In this document: in pieces, positions 1-10,031 of the stretch | How positions within the stretch are numbered: the first letter of the stretch is position 1 | How the letters are laid out: the number at the start of each line of letters is the position of its first letter | Assembly (NCBI GenBank): GCA_049968235.1 | Contig: JBMFRC010000004.1 | Location: 160,001-224,000, forward strand | DNA from: Candidatus Hydrogenedens sp. | GTDB taxonomy: Bacteria > Hydrogenedentota > Hydrogenedentia > Hydrogenedentales > Hydrogenedentaceae | Direction of reading: 5' to 3' | DNA length: 64,000 nucleotides | Notes under the pieces: model-generated | What the model was told of the DNA's origin: nothing | The model's database searches: none | What the model saw: only the letters and a program-made list of their open reading frames with translations | Made by a program: the position numbers and the translations under genes

Positions 1-331
1 CTGCAATAATCTTTGTTGGACTTCCTTCGACTGCTTCTCTTGCGTATCTTATCATTTTACTTCCGCCTAAAGCATGAACTGTTAGCATATCTACTTCAAG
101 GCTTCGGGCTGAATGTACTGCATTTTTTACTGTATTGGGAATATCGTGATATTTTAAGTCGAGAAAAATTTTTTTATTCTTTTTTTTAAGTAAGGAAATT
201 ACCTGAGGTCCCCATCGGGTAAATAATTGACTACCTACTTTGAACCAAACACAATTTGGACATAAATCAAGAATTTTGTGAACTTCGTCGATTGTATTAA
301 TATCTAAACCTATAATAATTTTCTCTGACAT
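1..331 (-). CDS. pyrF: orotidine 5'-phosphate decarboxylase, N-terminal part (3' end runs off window)
   Basis: Reverse-strand translation starting at the ATG complementary to 329-331 gives MSEKIIIGLDINTIDEVHKILDLCPNCVWFKVGSQLF...KKIFLDLKYHDIPNTV, the OMP decarboxylase N-terminal signature (DxK/ KxHDIPNT). It sits immediately downstream of pyrD in the same operon. It is not in the ORF track because it is truncated by the window edge. Confidence 0.6.
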   Translation of the reverse strand, partial: MSEKIIIGLDINTIDEVHKILDLCPNCVWFKVGSQLFTRWGPQVISLLKKKNKKIFLDLKYHDIPNTVKNAVHSARSLEVDMLTVHALGGSKMIRYAREAVEGSPTKIIA

Positions 332-346
332 ATATCTGCTTTCTAC

Positions 347-1279
347 TCAATCAATAATCACAGAACCTATAAGTTTATTAATATCGTCTATACCGCTGTT
401 AAGGCAATATTCTTTCAAGCCCTGTATTATACGAATAGGAGCCAATGGGTCACGGAATAAATAGGAACCTACTGCGACCATTGTTGCTCCTGCAATAAGG
501 AATTCCAGAGCATCCGAAGTGGTACAAATTCCCCCCATTCCTATCACAGGGATTTTTACTATCCTACTTACATCCCAGACCATTTTTAAGGCAATGGGAC
601 GAATAGCAGGCCCACTAAGTCCCCCTACGACATTTTTTAACTTAGGTTTTCTTGTTTTCGGGTTTATTGCCATACCCAGAAGTGTATTGATAATAGAAAT
701 AGCATCTGCTCCCCCTTTTTCTGCCGATAAAGCAGGTTCTGTAATGTCTGTAATGTTGGGAGAGAGTTTGACAATTAGAGGCAGTTTTACACTTGAACGA
801 ACAGCACGGGTATATTTTTCTACCCATTCTGGGGACTGTGCAATAAGTGGACATTTGAATTTATTTTTTGCATCATGGACATTGGGACATGATAAGTTCA
901 TTTCAATAGCATCAGCACCACCTTCTTTTTCAAGGCGTTCTGCCAATTTCACATATTCATCAATGGATGTTCCATAAATATTGGCAATAATGGTGCATTT
1001 TTTCTCTCGTAAAAATGGAAGTTTACTCATTAAATAAGTTTCTATTCCGACATTTTGTAGTCCTATAGCGTTTAACATTCCGGCGGGAGTTTCTACAATA
1101 CGGGGAGGGGTATTACCCAATCGGGGGTGTAACGTAAGACTTTTTACAGTAACTGCCCCTAATTCTGATATATCGTAATATTCAGAATATTCTTCTCCGT
1201 AGCCAAAGGTTCCTGAAGATACCGTTACAGGATTTTTTAATTTAAGATTTCCTATAGTTACCTGAAGGTTAATATTCAT
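347..1279 (-). CDS. pyrD: dihydroorotate dehydrogenase class 1B, catalytic subunit
   Basis: 310 aa. TIM-barrel DHOD motifs (GTFGYGEEY..., NLSCPN, GGI...SDALEFLIAGATMVAVGS). Paired with the PyrK electron-transfer subunit immediately upstream. Confidence 0.85.
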   Translation of the reverse strand: MNINLQVTIGNLKLKNPVTVSSGTFGYGEEYSEYYDISELGAVTVKSLTLHPRLGNTPPRIVETPAGMLNAIGLQNVGIETYLMSKLPFLREKKCTIIANIYGTSIDEYVKLAERLEKEGGADAIEMNLSCPNVHDAKNKFKCPLIAQSPEWVEKYTRAVRSSVKLPLIVKLSPNITDITEPALSAEKGGADAISIINTLLGMAINPKTRKPKLKNVVGGLSGPAIRPIALKMVWDVSRIVKIPVIGMGGICTTSDALEFLIAGATMVAVGSYLFRDPLAPIRIIQGLKEYCLNSGIDDINKLIGSVIID

Positions 1280-1280
1280 T

Positions 1281-2081
1281 TTATTTTTCTCCGATTTTAT
1301 CCCAGAGAATTACCTGTGTATCAAATACAGGTCCTTCTTTACAGACACGAGCCATCATTTCATTTTCAATTTCCATCTTTGCAGGAAGGACGCATCCCAA
1401 GCAAACACCTTCTCCACAAGCCATTTCTGCTTCTAAAGAGGCATAACAGGTCCACTTTTTTTGTTCGCAAATTTTATGGACATTTTTAATCATTGGAAGG
1501 GGACCACATGTATATACAAGAGTTGAGTCGGGTAGATTAAGCGTTTCAAGAATATCTGTTGCAAGTCCTTTGTGTCCGGAACTTCCATCTTCAGTTACAA
1601 GGTGTAACTTACAGCCCATCTGTCGAAAATCTTTTTCACACAAGAGGTGATTATAATCTTTTCCTGCTAAAATAATTTCTGGGGCAACATCCCGAATTTT
1701 TAATATTCTCTCCACTAATGCGGGAAAGGGTGCTACGCCAATTCCCCCTGCAACAATGAGATAGTGTGAATATTCTTTCAAAATAGGAAAAGAATTTCCT
1801 AAAGGTCCCTGAATATTAATTCTTTCGCCTACGGATAATGTAGAGAGAATTTTTGTTCCTTCACCACACACTTTGTAAAGGATAGAGATACCATCTGAAA
1901 AGATACGCTCTATAGACATGGGTCTGCGTAAGAAGGGATAGTATCCCGGGGAAACTTCTAACATAACAAATTGTCCGGGTAATGACGAAATTGCAATTTC
2001 TTTGCTTTGGAGCACCATTCTGTAATGATTGGGTGCTATAAGGTTATGTAAAGTTATAAGGCATTCATGAAGTTTGTCCAT
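1281..2081 (-). CDS. pyrK: dihydroorotate dehydrogenase electron transfer subunit (FAD/NAD-binding, 2Fe-2S)
   Basis: 266 aa. Ferredoxin-reductase-like fold with C-terminal Cys cluster (CGEGVCLGCV). Stop is adjacent to the pyrD start, which is the classic pyrK-pyrD arrangement. Confidence 0.8.
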   Translation of the reverse strand: MDKLHECLITLHNLIAPNHYRMVLQSKEIAISSLPGQFVMLEVSPGYYPFLRRPMSIERIFSDGISILYKVCGEGTKILSTLSVGERINIQGPLGNSFPILKEYSHYLIVAGGIGVAPFPALVERILKIRDVAPEIILAGKDYNHLLCEKDFRQMGCKLHLVTEDGSSGHKGLATDILETLNLPDSTLVYTCGPLPMIKNVHKICEQKKWTCYASLEAEMACGEGVCLGCVLPAKMEIENEMMARVCKEGPVFDTQVILWDKIGEK

Positions 2082-2090
2082 ATTTTTCCA

Positions 2091-3188
2091 CTACCTCCGG
2101 AATTCCAATCCCATTTGACTACGTAATAAATTTAAACTGCTCCGAATCCGTTCTGCCAGGACATCTCCAATCCCTTCGACCTCCATTAAATCTTCTTTGG
2201 AAGCGTGGAGTATTTGTTTAATTCCAACAAATTTTGCGACCAAATTTTCGATTAATGTTGATGGTAAACGGTGCGTCATTGTTAAAATCCGATAGCCGCG
2301 AGGAGTTAAATATGTATCCACAGAACGGAGGTTTGAACCATAACCTAATATTTGACTTATATTACCTAAATCCAGTAATTCGTCTTGCGTTAGCGCATGC
2401 AATTTTTCAAGAAGAGTATTATAATCTATCCCGGGACGTTCACGGTAGTAATCTTTTAACACTAATTCTGCTTCAGGGATTGGTATAAGTAATTCTTTGA
2501 GTTGCATTTGAATTAATCTACCTTCTGTCCCTAATTCAAGAATGATGGGGTGTAATTCGTCTGCAAGTCGTAATACGACCTGAGTTCTTTGTATGGTCTT
2601 ACATACATCAAAAATCGTTACGATATCTTGAAATTCCCGAAGGGTTAAGTCCTGAAGGGATTGGTTCATCGTTACCAGAAATCTTTCAATTGTTTGTAAA
2701 GATTGCATTGCACGACTTAATAAAGTAGGCAAAGGAGCCAAAACATGTTTGCGGTCGTTCACATAAATAGTAACTGAAGAACGTCGCTGAGATACAGCGA
2801 CAACAATACAATGTGCTTGTTGAGCCATTCGTTGAGCAACGCGATGTCGAGTGCCTGTTTCATCCGAAGGAATTTTGGCATTGGGTTTTAAGAAACGATT
2901 GGCATATAAAATTTTAGTCCCATCTGCATTAAGAATAATAGCCCCATCCATTTTTGATAATTCATAAATTAATTGAGGTTTTAATTCTTCGTTTAACTCT
3001 ACTCCTCCTTCGGAAAGTTGTGATAGTTTACGAGGTTCTCCAAAACAGAGCAAAGCACCCATTCCACTTTGAATTATTGCGGATAGGGCTTCTCGAATTC
3101 GACTTCCCGGTGCTACCATTTGTAATGCCTTTTTAAATAGTTCATCTGTATCAGGAATATTACTCACGAGATTTCTCCCGATTTTCAA
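2091..3188 (-). CDS. disA: DNA integrity scanning protein DisA (diadenylate cyclase DAC domain + HhH)
   Basis: 365 aa. DAC-domain motifs DGAIIL and TRHR. C-terminal helix-hairpin-helix region (EVEGIGDVLAERI). Overlaps radA by 29 nt, which is the conserved radA-disA linkage. Confidence 0.8.
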   Translation of the reverse strand: MKIGRNLVSNIPDTDELFKKALQMVAPGSRIREALSAIIQSGMGALLCFGEPRKLSQLSEGGVELNEELKPQLIYELSKMDGAIILNADGTKILYANRFLKPNAKIPSDETGTRHRVAQRMAQQAHCIVVAVSQRRSSVTIYVNDRKHVLAPLPTLLSRAMQSLQTIERFLVTMNQSLQDLTLREFQDIVTIFDVCKTIQRTQVVLRLADELHPIILELGTEGRLIQMQLKELLIPIPEAELVLKDYYRERPGIDYNTLLEKLHALTQDELLDLGNISQILGYGSNLRSVDTYLTPRGYRILTMTHRLPSTLIENLVAKFVGIKQILHASKEDLMEVEGIGDVLAERIRSSLNLLRSQMGLEFRR

Positions 3189-4542
3189 ACAATGGATTTA
3201 GTTCTTTTATATTTTCTAAAGAAATAATTTGTAAATTTTCTGTTTTATCAGGAATATCAGACGGTTCTATTCTTGGAATTATACAGGTTTTAAATCCAAA
3301 TTTTGCAATTTCATTAAGCCGAATTCTTGCCCCATTTACTCGTCGAATCTCACCTGCCAAACCCACCTCTCCAAAAGTAATCCAATCAGGAGGGATAGGT
3401 AAATCCCAGAAACTGGATAGCATGGAAATTACAACGGGTAGGTCAACTGCAGTTTCTTCCACAAATACTCCACCGGCGACATTAACGAAGATATCTCTAT
3501 CGGAAAGGTATATACCTGCTTTCTTTTCAAGGATAGCAACCAGTAAGGCTATTCTTTGGCTATTTAAGCCCATTATACCTCTGCGGGGTTGAGGAATTCG
3601 GCTTTTGCCTACCAGGGATTGAATTTCCACTAGTAAGGGGCGAGAACCTCCAACCATAGGGAATACGATAGAACCACTTACACCCATAGATCTTTCCTGT
3701 AAAAAGATAGCACTGGGGTCTGCTATTTCTTTTAATCCTTCACAACACATCTCAAATACACCGATTTCATGTGTGGAGCCAAATCGGTTTTTTATGGCTC
3801 GTAATACTCTCAGGGAATGTTTCCCTTCCCCTTCAAAATAAAGGACGGTATCTACAATATGTTCTAAGACTTTCGGACCTGCAATATATCCTTCTTTGGT
3901 AATATGCCCAATGATAATCATGGGAACATTTATTTGTTTTGCCTTCTGGACCAATTCATAAGTGCATTCGCGAACCTGTGTAATACTGCCAGGTAGAGAA
4001 TCTACATCTGGATTGCTAATACTCTGAATAGAATCGATAATAACCAGGGAATACTGATTTGTATCTATACTTGAAAGGATATCTGACATATCCGTTGATG
4101 GGAACATAAATAAATCTGGATGGATTGCATTTACCCTTTGTGCCCGTTCTTTTACTTGATGAAAGGATTCTTCTCCATGTATATATAATACAGGTCCATT
4201 AATTCTTGCCCATAAACCCGCCGTCTGTATAACTAATGTGGATTTTCCTATACCGGGTTCTCCGCCAATCAATATAACTGCTCCCTGAATAATTCCTCCT
4301 CCAACAACTCGGTCAAATTCTTTTATGCCGGTTGGTATTTTTTTTGATTGCTCTTCGAGATGATTCTTTTCAAAAATAGAAATAGGCTGAATATCTACTC
4401 TTTTTTGTTTATTTTTTGAAGAATTTGTAGTGATTTTTTCTAAAAAAGGGTTCCATGATTCGCATTGAGGGCATTTGCCAAGCCATTTGGGTGATTCAAA
4501 ACCACATTCGGAACATTCGTAAATTTTTTTCTCATGTGCCAT
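3160..4542 (-). CDS. radA: DNA repair protein RadA/Sms
   Basis: 460 aa. N-terminal C4 zinc finger (CSECGFESPKWLGKCPQC). Walker A GGEPGIGKST. KNRFG motif. C-terminal Lon-protease-like domain. Confidence 0.9.
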   Translation of the reverse strand: MAHEKKIYECSECGFESPKWLGKCPQCESWNPFLEKITTNSSKNKQKRVDIQPISIFEKNHLEEQSKKIPTGIKEFDRVVGGGIIQGAVILIGGEPGIGKSTLVIQTAGLWARINGPVLYIHGEESFHQVKERAQRVNAIHPDLFMFPSTDMSDILSSIDTNQYSLVIIDSIQSISNPDVDSLPGSITQVRECTYELVQKAKQINVPMIIIGHITKEGYIAGPKVLEHIVDTVLYFEGEGKHSLRVLRAIKNRFGSTHEIGVFEMCCEGLKEIADPSAIFLQERSMGVSGSIVFPMVGGSRPLLVEIQSLVGKSRIPQPRRGIMGLNSQRIALLVAILEKKAGIYLSDRDIFVNVAGGVFVEETAVDLPVVISMLSSFWDLPIPPDWITFGEVGLAGEIRRVNGARIRLNEIAKFGFKTCIIPRIEPSDIPDKTENLQIISLENIKELNPLFENREKSRE

Positions 4543-4637
4543 CGTTGTAAAATCTTATTGTTTTAATTGATATTATTTGCCATCTAAATAATATCGAATT
4601 TTTATGCTATATCCCAACTGAAAAGAAAGGGTTGTAA

Positions 4638-5891
4638 ATGGACCAATTATTTTTTTTAACTGAACAAGAGGTTTTGTATATCAAAAATAATTACGGGACA
4701 CCTATTTTTATTTATGATGAGAAGACGATGTTTCAAAAGGCACAAGAGGTATTATCATTTCCGCATGCCTTTGGTTTTACTGCCCGTTTTGCAATGAAAG
4801 CACTTCCAACACGTAAAATCCTACAAAAATTTCATATGTGGGGACTTCATATAGATGCAAGTAGTGGTTATGAAGCGGAACGAGCAATTAAAGCAGGCAT
4901 CCCTCCATCTCATATCCAAATTACAGCACAACAAATTCCTTACAACTTAAAAGAGTTGGTGGAACAGGGAGTTTTATATAATGCATGTTCCATTCAACAG
5001 TTAAAAGTATATGGAGAAATGTTCCCGGGTACAGAGGTCTGTGTTCGAATCAATCCCGGATTGGGTTCGGGTTCTTCTAATCGCACAAATGTAGGTGGAC
5101 CATCAGCCAGTTTTGGTATATGGCATGAATATCTAAATCGTGTATATACGGTAGCAGATGAATATAGGTTAAAAATTACAGGTATGCACACCCATATAGG
5201 GTCGGGGTCGGACCCGGAAGTTTGGGTTCGCTGTGCTCATTTAGCATTAGAAACTGCTGGGAAAATGCCTGATGTTCGGAGGATTAGCCTCGGTGGAGGA
5301 TATAAAGTTGCGCGTATGTCTGATGAAAAAACAGCAAATTTACAGGAAATAGGAAATAGAATATTGCCTGCGTTTTTTGAGTTTGAAAAGAAACACGGCA
5401 GGAAATTGCATTTAGAGATAGAACCTGGAACATACCTTGTTGCAAATGCAGGTTCACTTTTATGCAGTGTAATTGATGTGGTCGATACAGGAAGTACAGG
5501 GTATCGATTCATTAAAATAGATTCGGGGATGACAGAAAATGTTCGTCCCAGCATGTATGGTGCATTACATCCTTTAATAGTTGTGCCTTATGAAAAAGAT
5601 AGTCAACGGGATAAATATTCGTATATTGTTTCAGGACATTGTTGTGAAAGTGGCGATATATTTACACCTCAACGAGGAGACCCTGAAAGCCTTGAACCCA
5701 GGGAATTATTAGAAGCAAAGATAGGAGATGTTTTAGTTGTAGAGGGGGCTGGAGCATATTGCTCAAGCCAATCTTGTAAAAACTACAATTCCTTCCCTGA
5801 ATGCGGAGAATTATTACGAATAGCGCCGTTTGAATTTGAATGGATAAGAAAGCCTCAGACATTAGAACAAATGATTCAAAATGAAGTATAA
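4638..5891 (+). CDS. PLP-dependent decarboxylase, Orn/DAP/Arg decarboxylase (fold III) family (LysA- or NspC-like)
   Basis: 417 aa. PLP-lysine region FAMKALP. GGG-rich loop SLGGGYKV. Family-diagnostic HCCESGD motif (SGHCCESGDIF). The exact substrate is not resolvable from sequence alone. Confidence 0.7.
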   Translation: MDQLFFLTEQEVLYIKNNYGTPIFIYDEKTMFQKAQEVLSFPHAFGFTARFAMKALPTRKILQKFHMWGLHIDASSGYEAERAIKAGIPPSHIQITAQQIPYNLKELVEQGVLYNACSIQQLKVYGEMFPGTEVCVRINPGLGSGSSNRTNVGGPSASFGIWHEYLNRVYTVADEYRLKITGMHTHIGSGSDPEVWVRCAHLALETAGKMPDVRRISLGGGYKVARMSDEKTANLQEIGNRILPAFFEFEKKHGRKLHLEIEPGTYLVANAGSLLCSVIDVVDTGSTGYRFIKIDSGMTENVRPSMYGALHPLIVVPYEKDSQRDKYSYIVSGHCCESGDIFTPQRGDPESLEPRELLEAKIGDVLVVEGAGAYCSSQSCKNYNSFPECGELLRIAPFEFEWIRKPQTLEQMIQNEV

Positions 5892-5911
5892 AACAGGATA
5901 AGGATACATAT

Positions 5912-6691
5912 ATGACACATCGAACTGCTTTGGTTACGGGTGCCAGCAGAGGGATTGGAAAAGGGATTGTTCTTACATTAGCAAAACAGGGATATAACAT
6001 AATTGCCATAGCCAGAAACCCGGAAGGACTTCGATTGCTACAAAAGGAAATAGAAGAAAACTATCATGTAAAATGTTTCCCATTTTCTCTTGATATTGGG
6101 GACTTAAATGAACAGGAGTTATGGTTTTCCAATCATTTTCCAACCTTACCCGAAATTGATATTCTTGTGAATAATGCAGGCATAGCACCTGATAGACGTT
6201 CTGACATTTTAGAATGTTCCATAGAAAGTTATGAGAAGGTTCTTAATACAAATTTAAAAGGTGTTTTCTTCTTTACCCAAAAAATTGCCCAACGAATGGT
6301 CACTTTCATACAAAAGGGTATTAAAGAAGGGTATAAACCTCGTATTATCTTTATAACCAGTATTTCTGCGATAACTGCTTCGCCCAACCGGGCTGAATAT
6401 TGCATTAGTAAAGCAGGTTTAAGCATGGCTTCTCAACTTTATGCTGTCCGTCTCGCAGAGTATAATATACCTGTATTTGAAATACGCCCTGGCATAATTA
6501 TGACGGATATGACCGAACCTGTTCGTTCCAAATATGATACATTAATTGAACGAGGTTTATTGCTTCAAAAACGATGGGGAAAGCCTGAAGATGTAGCCAA
6601 TTGTGTTAAATCTATTGCGGAAGGAAATTTTGACTATGCTACAGGGTCTATTTTTGAAATTAGTGGGGGTTTTAGCATTTTAAGATTATAA
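5912..6691 (+). CDS. short-chain dehydrogenase/reductase (FabG-like)
   Basis: 259 aa. TGASRGIGKG Rossmann motif, NNAG, catalytic YxxxK (YCISKAG). Confidence 0.8.
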   Translation: MTHRTALVTGASRGIGKGIVLTLAKQGYNIIAIARNPEGLRLLQKEIEENYHVKCFPFSLDIGDLNEQELWFSNHFPTLPEIDILVNNAGIAPDRRSDILECSIESYEKVLNTNLKGVFFFTQKIAQRMVTFIQKGIKEGYKPRIIFITSISAITASPNRAEYCISKAGLSMASQLYAVRLAEYNIPVFEIRPGIIMTDMTEPVRSKYDTLIERGLLLQKRWGKPEDVANCVKSIAEGNFDYATGSIFEISGGFSILRL

Positions 6692-6714
6692 AATTGATTA
6701 AAGGTGAATGTGTT

Positions 6715-7380
6715 ATGAATATTAAACGACACGAATTGGCACAAATGATTGACCATACGCTTCTCCGTCCTTACGCAAGTGAGGATGATATAAGGATTTT
6801 ATGTCAGGAAGCAAAAGAAAATAATTTTTATGCAGTAAGTATTAACCCTACATGGACAAAGTTATGTGCCCAGTTACTCAAGGATACCCCTGTGAAAGTA
6901 GATGTGTGTGTGGGCTTCCCTTTAGGGGCAACTACGGCACATATTAAAGTGGCGGAAACTGCGGAAGCCATTAAAAACGGTGCTCAAGAAATCGATATGG
7001 TGATTAATATTGGTGCCTTAAAATCAGGATTTACTGCTTATGTTGAAAAAGAAATTGCTATCGTGGTTAAGACTGCTGGCACTGTTCCCGTAAAAGTTAT
7101 TTTAGAAACGAGTTATTTGAGTAATGATGAAAAAGTTGCCGTCTGCGAAATGGCAATACGCACAGGAGCAAAGTTTGTAAAAACTTCTACTGGTTACGGA
7201 ACTAAAGGGGCAACGGTGGAGGATGTTCAACTGTTGCGAAAAGCAGTGGGAAATTTTTTGGGTGTTAAGGCTGCAGGAGGTATACGGACTTATGGAGAAG
7301 CAGTGGCTATGATAGAAGCGGGGGCTAATCGTATTGGTACAAGCACAAGTTTAGATATTTTACAGGACGCCCCATTATAA
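6715..7380 (+). CDS. deoC: deoxyribose-phosphate aldolase
   Basis: DeoC class I aldolase motifs (VCVGFPLGA, KTSTGYG Schiff-base lysine region, GVKAAGGIRT). The ORF opens at 6694, but the ATG at 6715 is preceded by AGGTGA (6702-6707) and is the likelier start. Confidence 0.8.
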   Translation: MNIKRHELAQMIDHTLLRPYASEDDIRILCQEAKENNFYAVSINPTWTKLCAQLLKDTPVKVDVCVGFPLGATTAHIKVAETAEAIKNGAQEIDMVINIGALKSGFTAYVEKEIAIVVKTAGTVPVKVILETSYLSNDEKVAVCEMAIRTGAKFVKTSTGYGTKGATVEDVQLLRKAVGNFLGVKAAGGIRTYGEAVAMIEAGANRIGTSTSLDILQDAPL

Positions 7381-7423
7381 TTTCTATATCAAAAATTACA
7401 TTATTCAACAGAGGAGGTAAGAT

Positions 7424-7915
7424 ATGGATGCAATTGAAGCCATTAGAACACGCCGTTCTGTAAGAAGATATTTAAATAAGGAAGTTCCGAAAGAATTGTT
7501 AGAAACTATTGTAGATTGTGGAAGATTATCTGCTACAGCAAGGAATGAACAACCGTGGGAATTTATCGTAATTGTGGACAAAGAACTAAAAAGAAATGTG
7601 GCAGAACAGACGGACAATGGAAAATTCATCAGTGAAGCAGGTGCATGTATAGCGGTAGTATGTAAGGATACGAAATATTACATAGAGGATGGTTCTGCTG
7701 CGACACAAAACATTCTCGTTTCTGCTCGTGCATTAGGTCTGGGTTCCTGTTGGGTAGCGGGAGATAAAAAACCCTATTGTTCTTCTATTTTAAAATTATT
7801 GAATGTCCCTGAGACATACCGTCTGGTGAGTCTTATCGCTATAGGCTACCCGGAATCTATCCCATCTCCTCATAAAAGAAGTTTAAATGAGGTCTTGCAT
7901 TGGAATTGTTTTTAG
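7424..7915 (+). CDS. nitroreductase family protein
   Basis: 163 aa. N-terminal RRSVRRY FMN-binding motif and a small NAD(P)H nitroreductase fold. Preceded by GAGGAGG at 7412-7418. Confidence 0.75.
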   Translation: MDAIEAIRTRRSVRRYLNKEVPKELLETIVDCGRLSATARNEQPWEFIVIVDKELKRNVAEQTDNGKFISEAGACIAVVCKDTKYYIEDGSAATQNILVSARALGLGSCWVAGDKKPYCSSILKLLNVPETYRLVSLIAIGYPESIPSPHKRSLNEVLHWNCF

Positions 7916-9930
7916 ATACTCCCATTAAGAATCATAGCACATTGCTTAAAATAATCATATGTAGCATATTGGGCTCGAATAGTTCCTTTACCATGCTCTA
8001 CGTATCGGTTTGTTTGCCGTTCATCCAGAACGCGAGCCTTAATATTATCTTGAATCTGGAAAGAAACTATATCCAACACTTGTTTTTTTAGTTCGGAGGA
8101 AATAATGGGGAAAGCACACTCGACCCGGTAGTCAAGATTGCGTTCCATCAAATCTGCAGAGGCCAGGTAAATAGTTGTCTGTTCCCCTTTTCCAAAAATA
8201 TATATCCGTTGATGTTCTAAAAATCGGTCTAAAATAGAAATGGCAGAAATATTCGGGTGTGGAGGCATTGCATAAGTTGTGCGGACAACTAAATCAATCT
8301 TTACACCTGCATCGGCAGATTCTTTTAATTTTTTTACAATTCGGGTATCTGTGAGATGATTTACTTTCAAGAAAATATACCCATTAGTACCTTTTTCTTT
8401 TTCACGATTAATTAATTTATTTAACGATTTTCTAAGTGTGAAAGGAGAAATCCACAGATATTCAAAATCAGGTGGTGTTAAAGGAGGTAATCCGGAACTT
8501 CGGTCTAAAAGTTTAAAGGCTTCTTCGACTTCTTCAGTAATAGAGGGATTGGAAGTTAGTAAAATACTATCCACATATTGACGAGCAGTTTTTTCATGAA
8601 AGTTTCCTGTAGATAGCCCTACAAAACTTTTGTTTTTCTTTTTAATCAAAAGGAATTTTGCATGCACCTTCATCGGCGGGACACCATAAGCCACGCGAAC
8701 TCCGGCTTCTGATAAGCGTTCTGCTATCTGAATATTGTGCTGTTCATCAAATCGTGCTTGAAGCTCTATGGAAGCAAACACTTTTTTCCCGTTTCGAGCT
8801 GCATTGATAAGTGCATTAACAATTTTCGATTGACTTGCCACACGATAAATAGTCATTTTAATTTCTTCGACATCAGGGTCAATAGCAGACTCTCGAATAA
8901 GTCGTATAACATGGTCAAATGATTGGTAAGGATATGTAAGTAAAATATCCTGTTTCTCTACTATATCTAAAACGGGGGTACGAGGACCATCCAAAATGGG
9001 GTGTTTTGCGGAAGGTAAAGGTTCGAACAGTAAATCTTTTCTTTTCGCAGGGAAATTCATCAAATCTTTCATATTATGATAGCGTCCACCTGCAATTACT
9101 GTATCCTCTTCTGTGATTTTCAATTCTTTTAATAATTTTTTACATAGTTTTTTAGGCATGTTTTCATCATAGTGAAAACGGGTAGGACGACCTCCTTTAC
9201 GTTGTTCCAGGACTTTTCGCATTTTGCGAATATATCCCTCGGAGAAATCATTATCAATATCTAATTCTGCATCTCTGGATATTTTAAATTCATAGGCTTC
9301 AATATCGTCAAAGGGAAATATATATAGGACATCTGTAAGAAAGAGGCGAATTACATCGTCAATATATGCAATATTTCCACTGGGCAATTCTACAAAACGG
9401 GGAAGCGATGCGGGAATTTCCAGTACTGCATATTTTTTTTTATCCTGCATATTCATCTGAATGGCAAAATATAAGGCGCCATCCCTCAATGAAGGTAAAG
9501 GAATTTTATCCTGTAAAATTATAGGAACAAGTGTGTGAAGAATATTCTCTTTGAAATAATCGGAAAGCCAATGATATTCTGATGGTGCTAACTCATATAA
9601 ATCTTCCTGGGTTAATATTCGAATGCCGTAATTTTCTAATTCTTTTGTAATGGTTTCATACGCCTGTCGAAATCGTTCATCTAATTCGCGTGAAAATTCT
9701 CCGATGGCTTCTAAAAGATATGCCATCTTTTGTTCCCCCAATTCGAGTCGTCTTTGAACACTCGCAACACGAACCTTAAAAAATTCATCCATATTGGAAG
9801 AAAAAATACCTAAAAATTTTAATCGCTCTAATAAAGGATTTCGTTCATCTTCCGCTTCTTGTAAAACGCGTTCATTAAAAGAGAGAACAGAAATCTCACG
9901 GGTATAAAAAATTTTTTCTTTGTTAAGCAT
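7912..9930 (-). CDS. ppk: polyphosphate kinase 1
   Basis: 672 aa. PPK1 N-terminal motif (FNERVLQEA...NPLLERLKFLGIFSSNMDEFF). Two PLD-like HKD-type domains (KVHAKFLLI, HLTDTRIVK). Confidence 0.9.
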   Translation of the reverse strand: MLNKEKIFYTREISVLSFNERVLQEAEDERNPLLERLKFLGIFSSNMDEFFKVRVASVQRRLELGEQKMAYLLEAIGEFSRELDERFRQAYETITKELENYGIRILTQEDLYELAPSEYHWLSDYFKENILHTLVPIILQDKIPLPSLRDGALYFAIQMNMQDKKKYAVLEIPASLPRFVELPSGNIAYIDDVIRLFLTDVLYIFPFDDIEAYEFKISRDAELDIDNDFSEGYIRKMRKVLEQRKGGRPTRFHYDENMPKKLCKKLLKELKITEEDTVIAGGRYHNMKDLMNFPAKRKDLLFEPLPSAKHPILDGPRTPVLDIVEKQDILLTYPYQSFDHVIRLIRESAIDPDVEEIKMTIYRVASQSKIVNALINAARNGKKVFASIELQARFDEQHNIQIAERLSEAGVRVAYGVPPMKVHAKFLLIKKKNKSFVGLSTGNFHEKTARQYVDSILLTSNPSITEEVEEAFKLLDRSSGLPPLTPPDFEYLWISPFTLRKSLNKLINREKEKGTNGYIFLKVNHLTDTRIVKKLKESADAGVKIDLVVRTTYAMPPHPNISAISILDRFLEHQRIYIFGKGEQTTIYLASADLMERNLDYRVECAFPIISSELKKQVLDIVSFQIQDNIKARVLDERQTNRYVEHGKGTIRAQYATYDYFKQCAMILNGSI

Positions 9931-10031
9931 ACAATTTTATATAAGATGAATTATTTATATTTTCACTACTAATTTAAGATATTTTGTATCTATTAATCAA
10001 ACTGCTGTACCCTGGGAATTTTTTATTTCTG

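Noticed and set aside
519-977. Numerous 60-230-aa ORFs antisense to or nested within long conserved genes (e.g. 519-977, 642-854, 2234-2488, 4994-5191, 5237-5554, 11998-12375, 20901-21443, 61245-61940)
   Set aside because: Each lies entirely inside a motif-verified gene on the opposite strand or in another frame. They have low-complexity or hydrophobic nonsense composition and lack start context. They are treated as translation artefacts.
2091-4542. disA-radA overlap as something unusual
   Set aside because: The radA-disA linkage with overlapping or adjacent reading frames is the widespread canonical arrangement in Firmicutes, Thermotogae and many other lineages.
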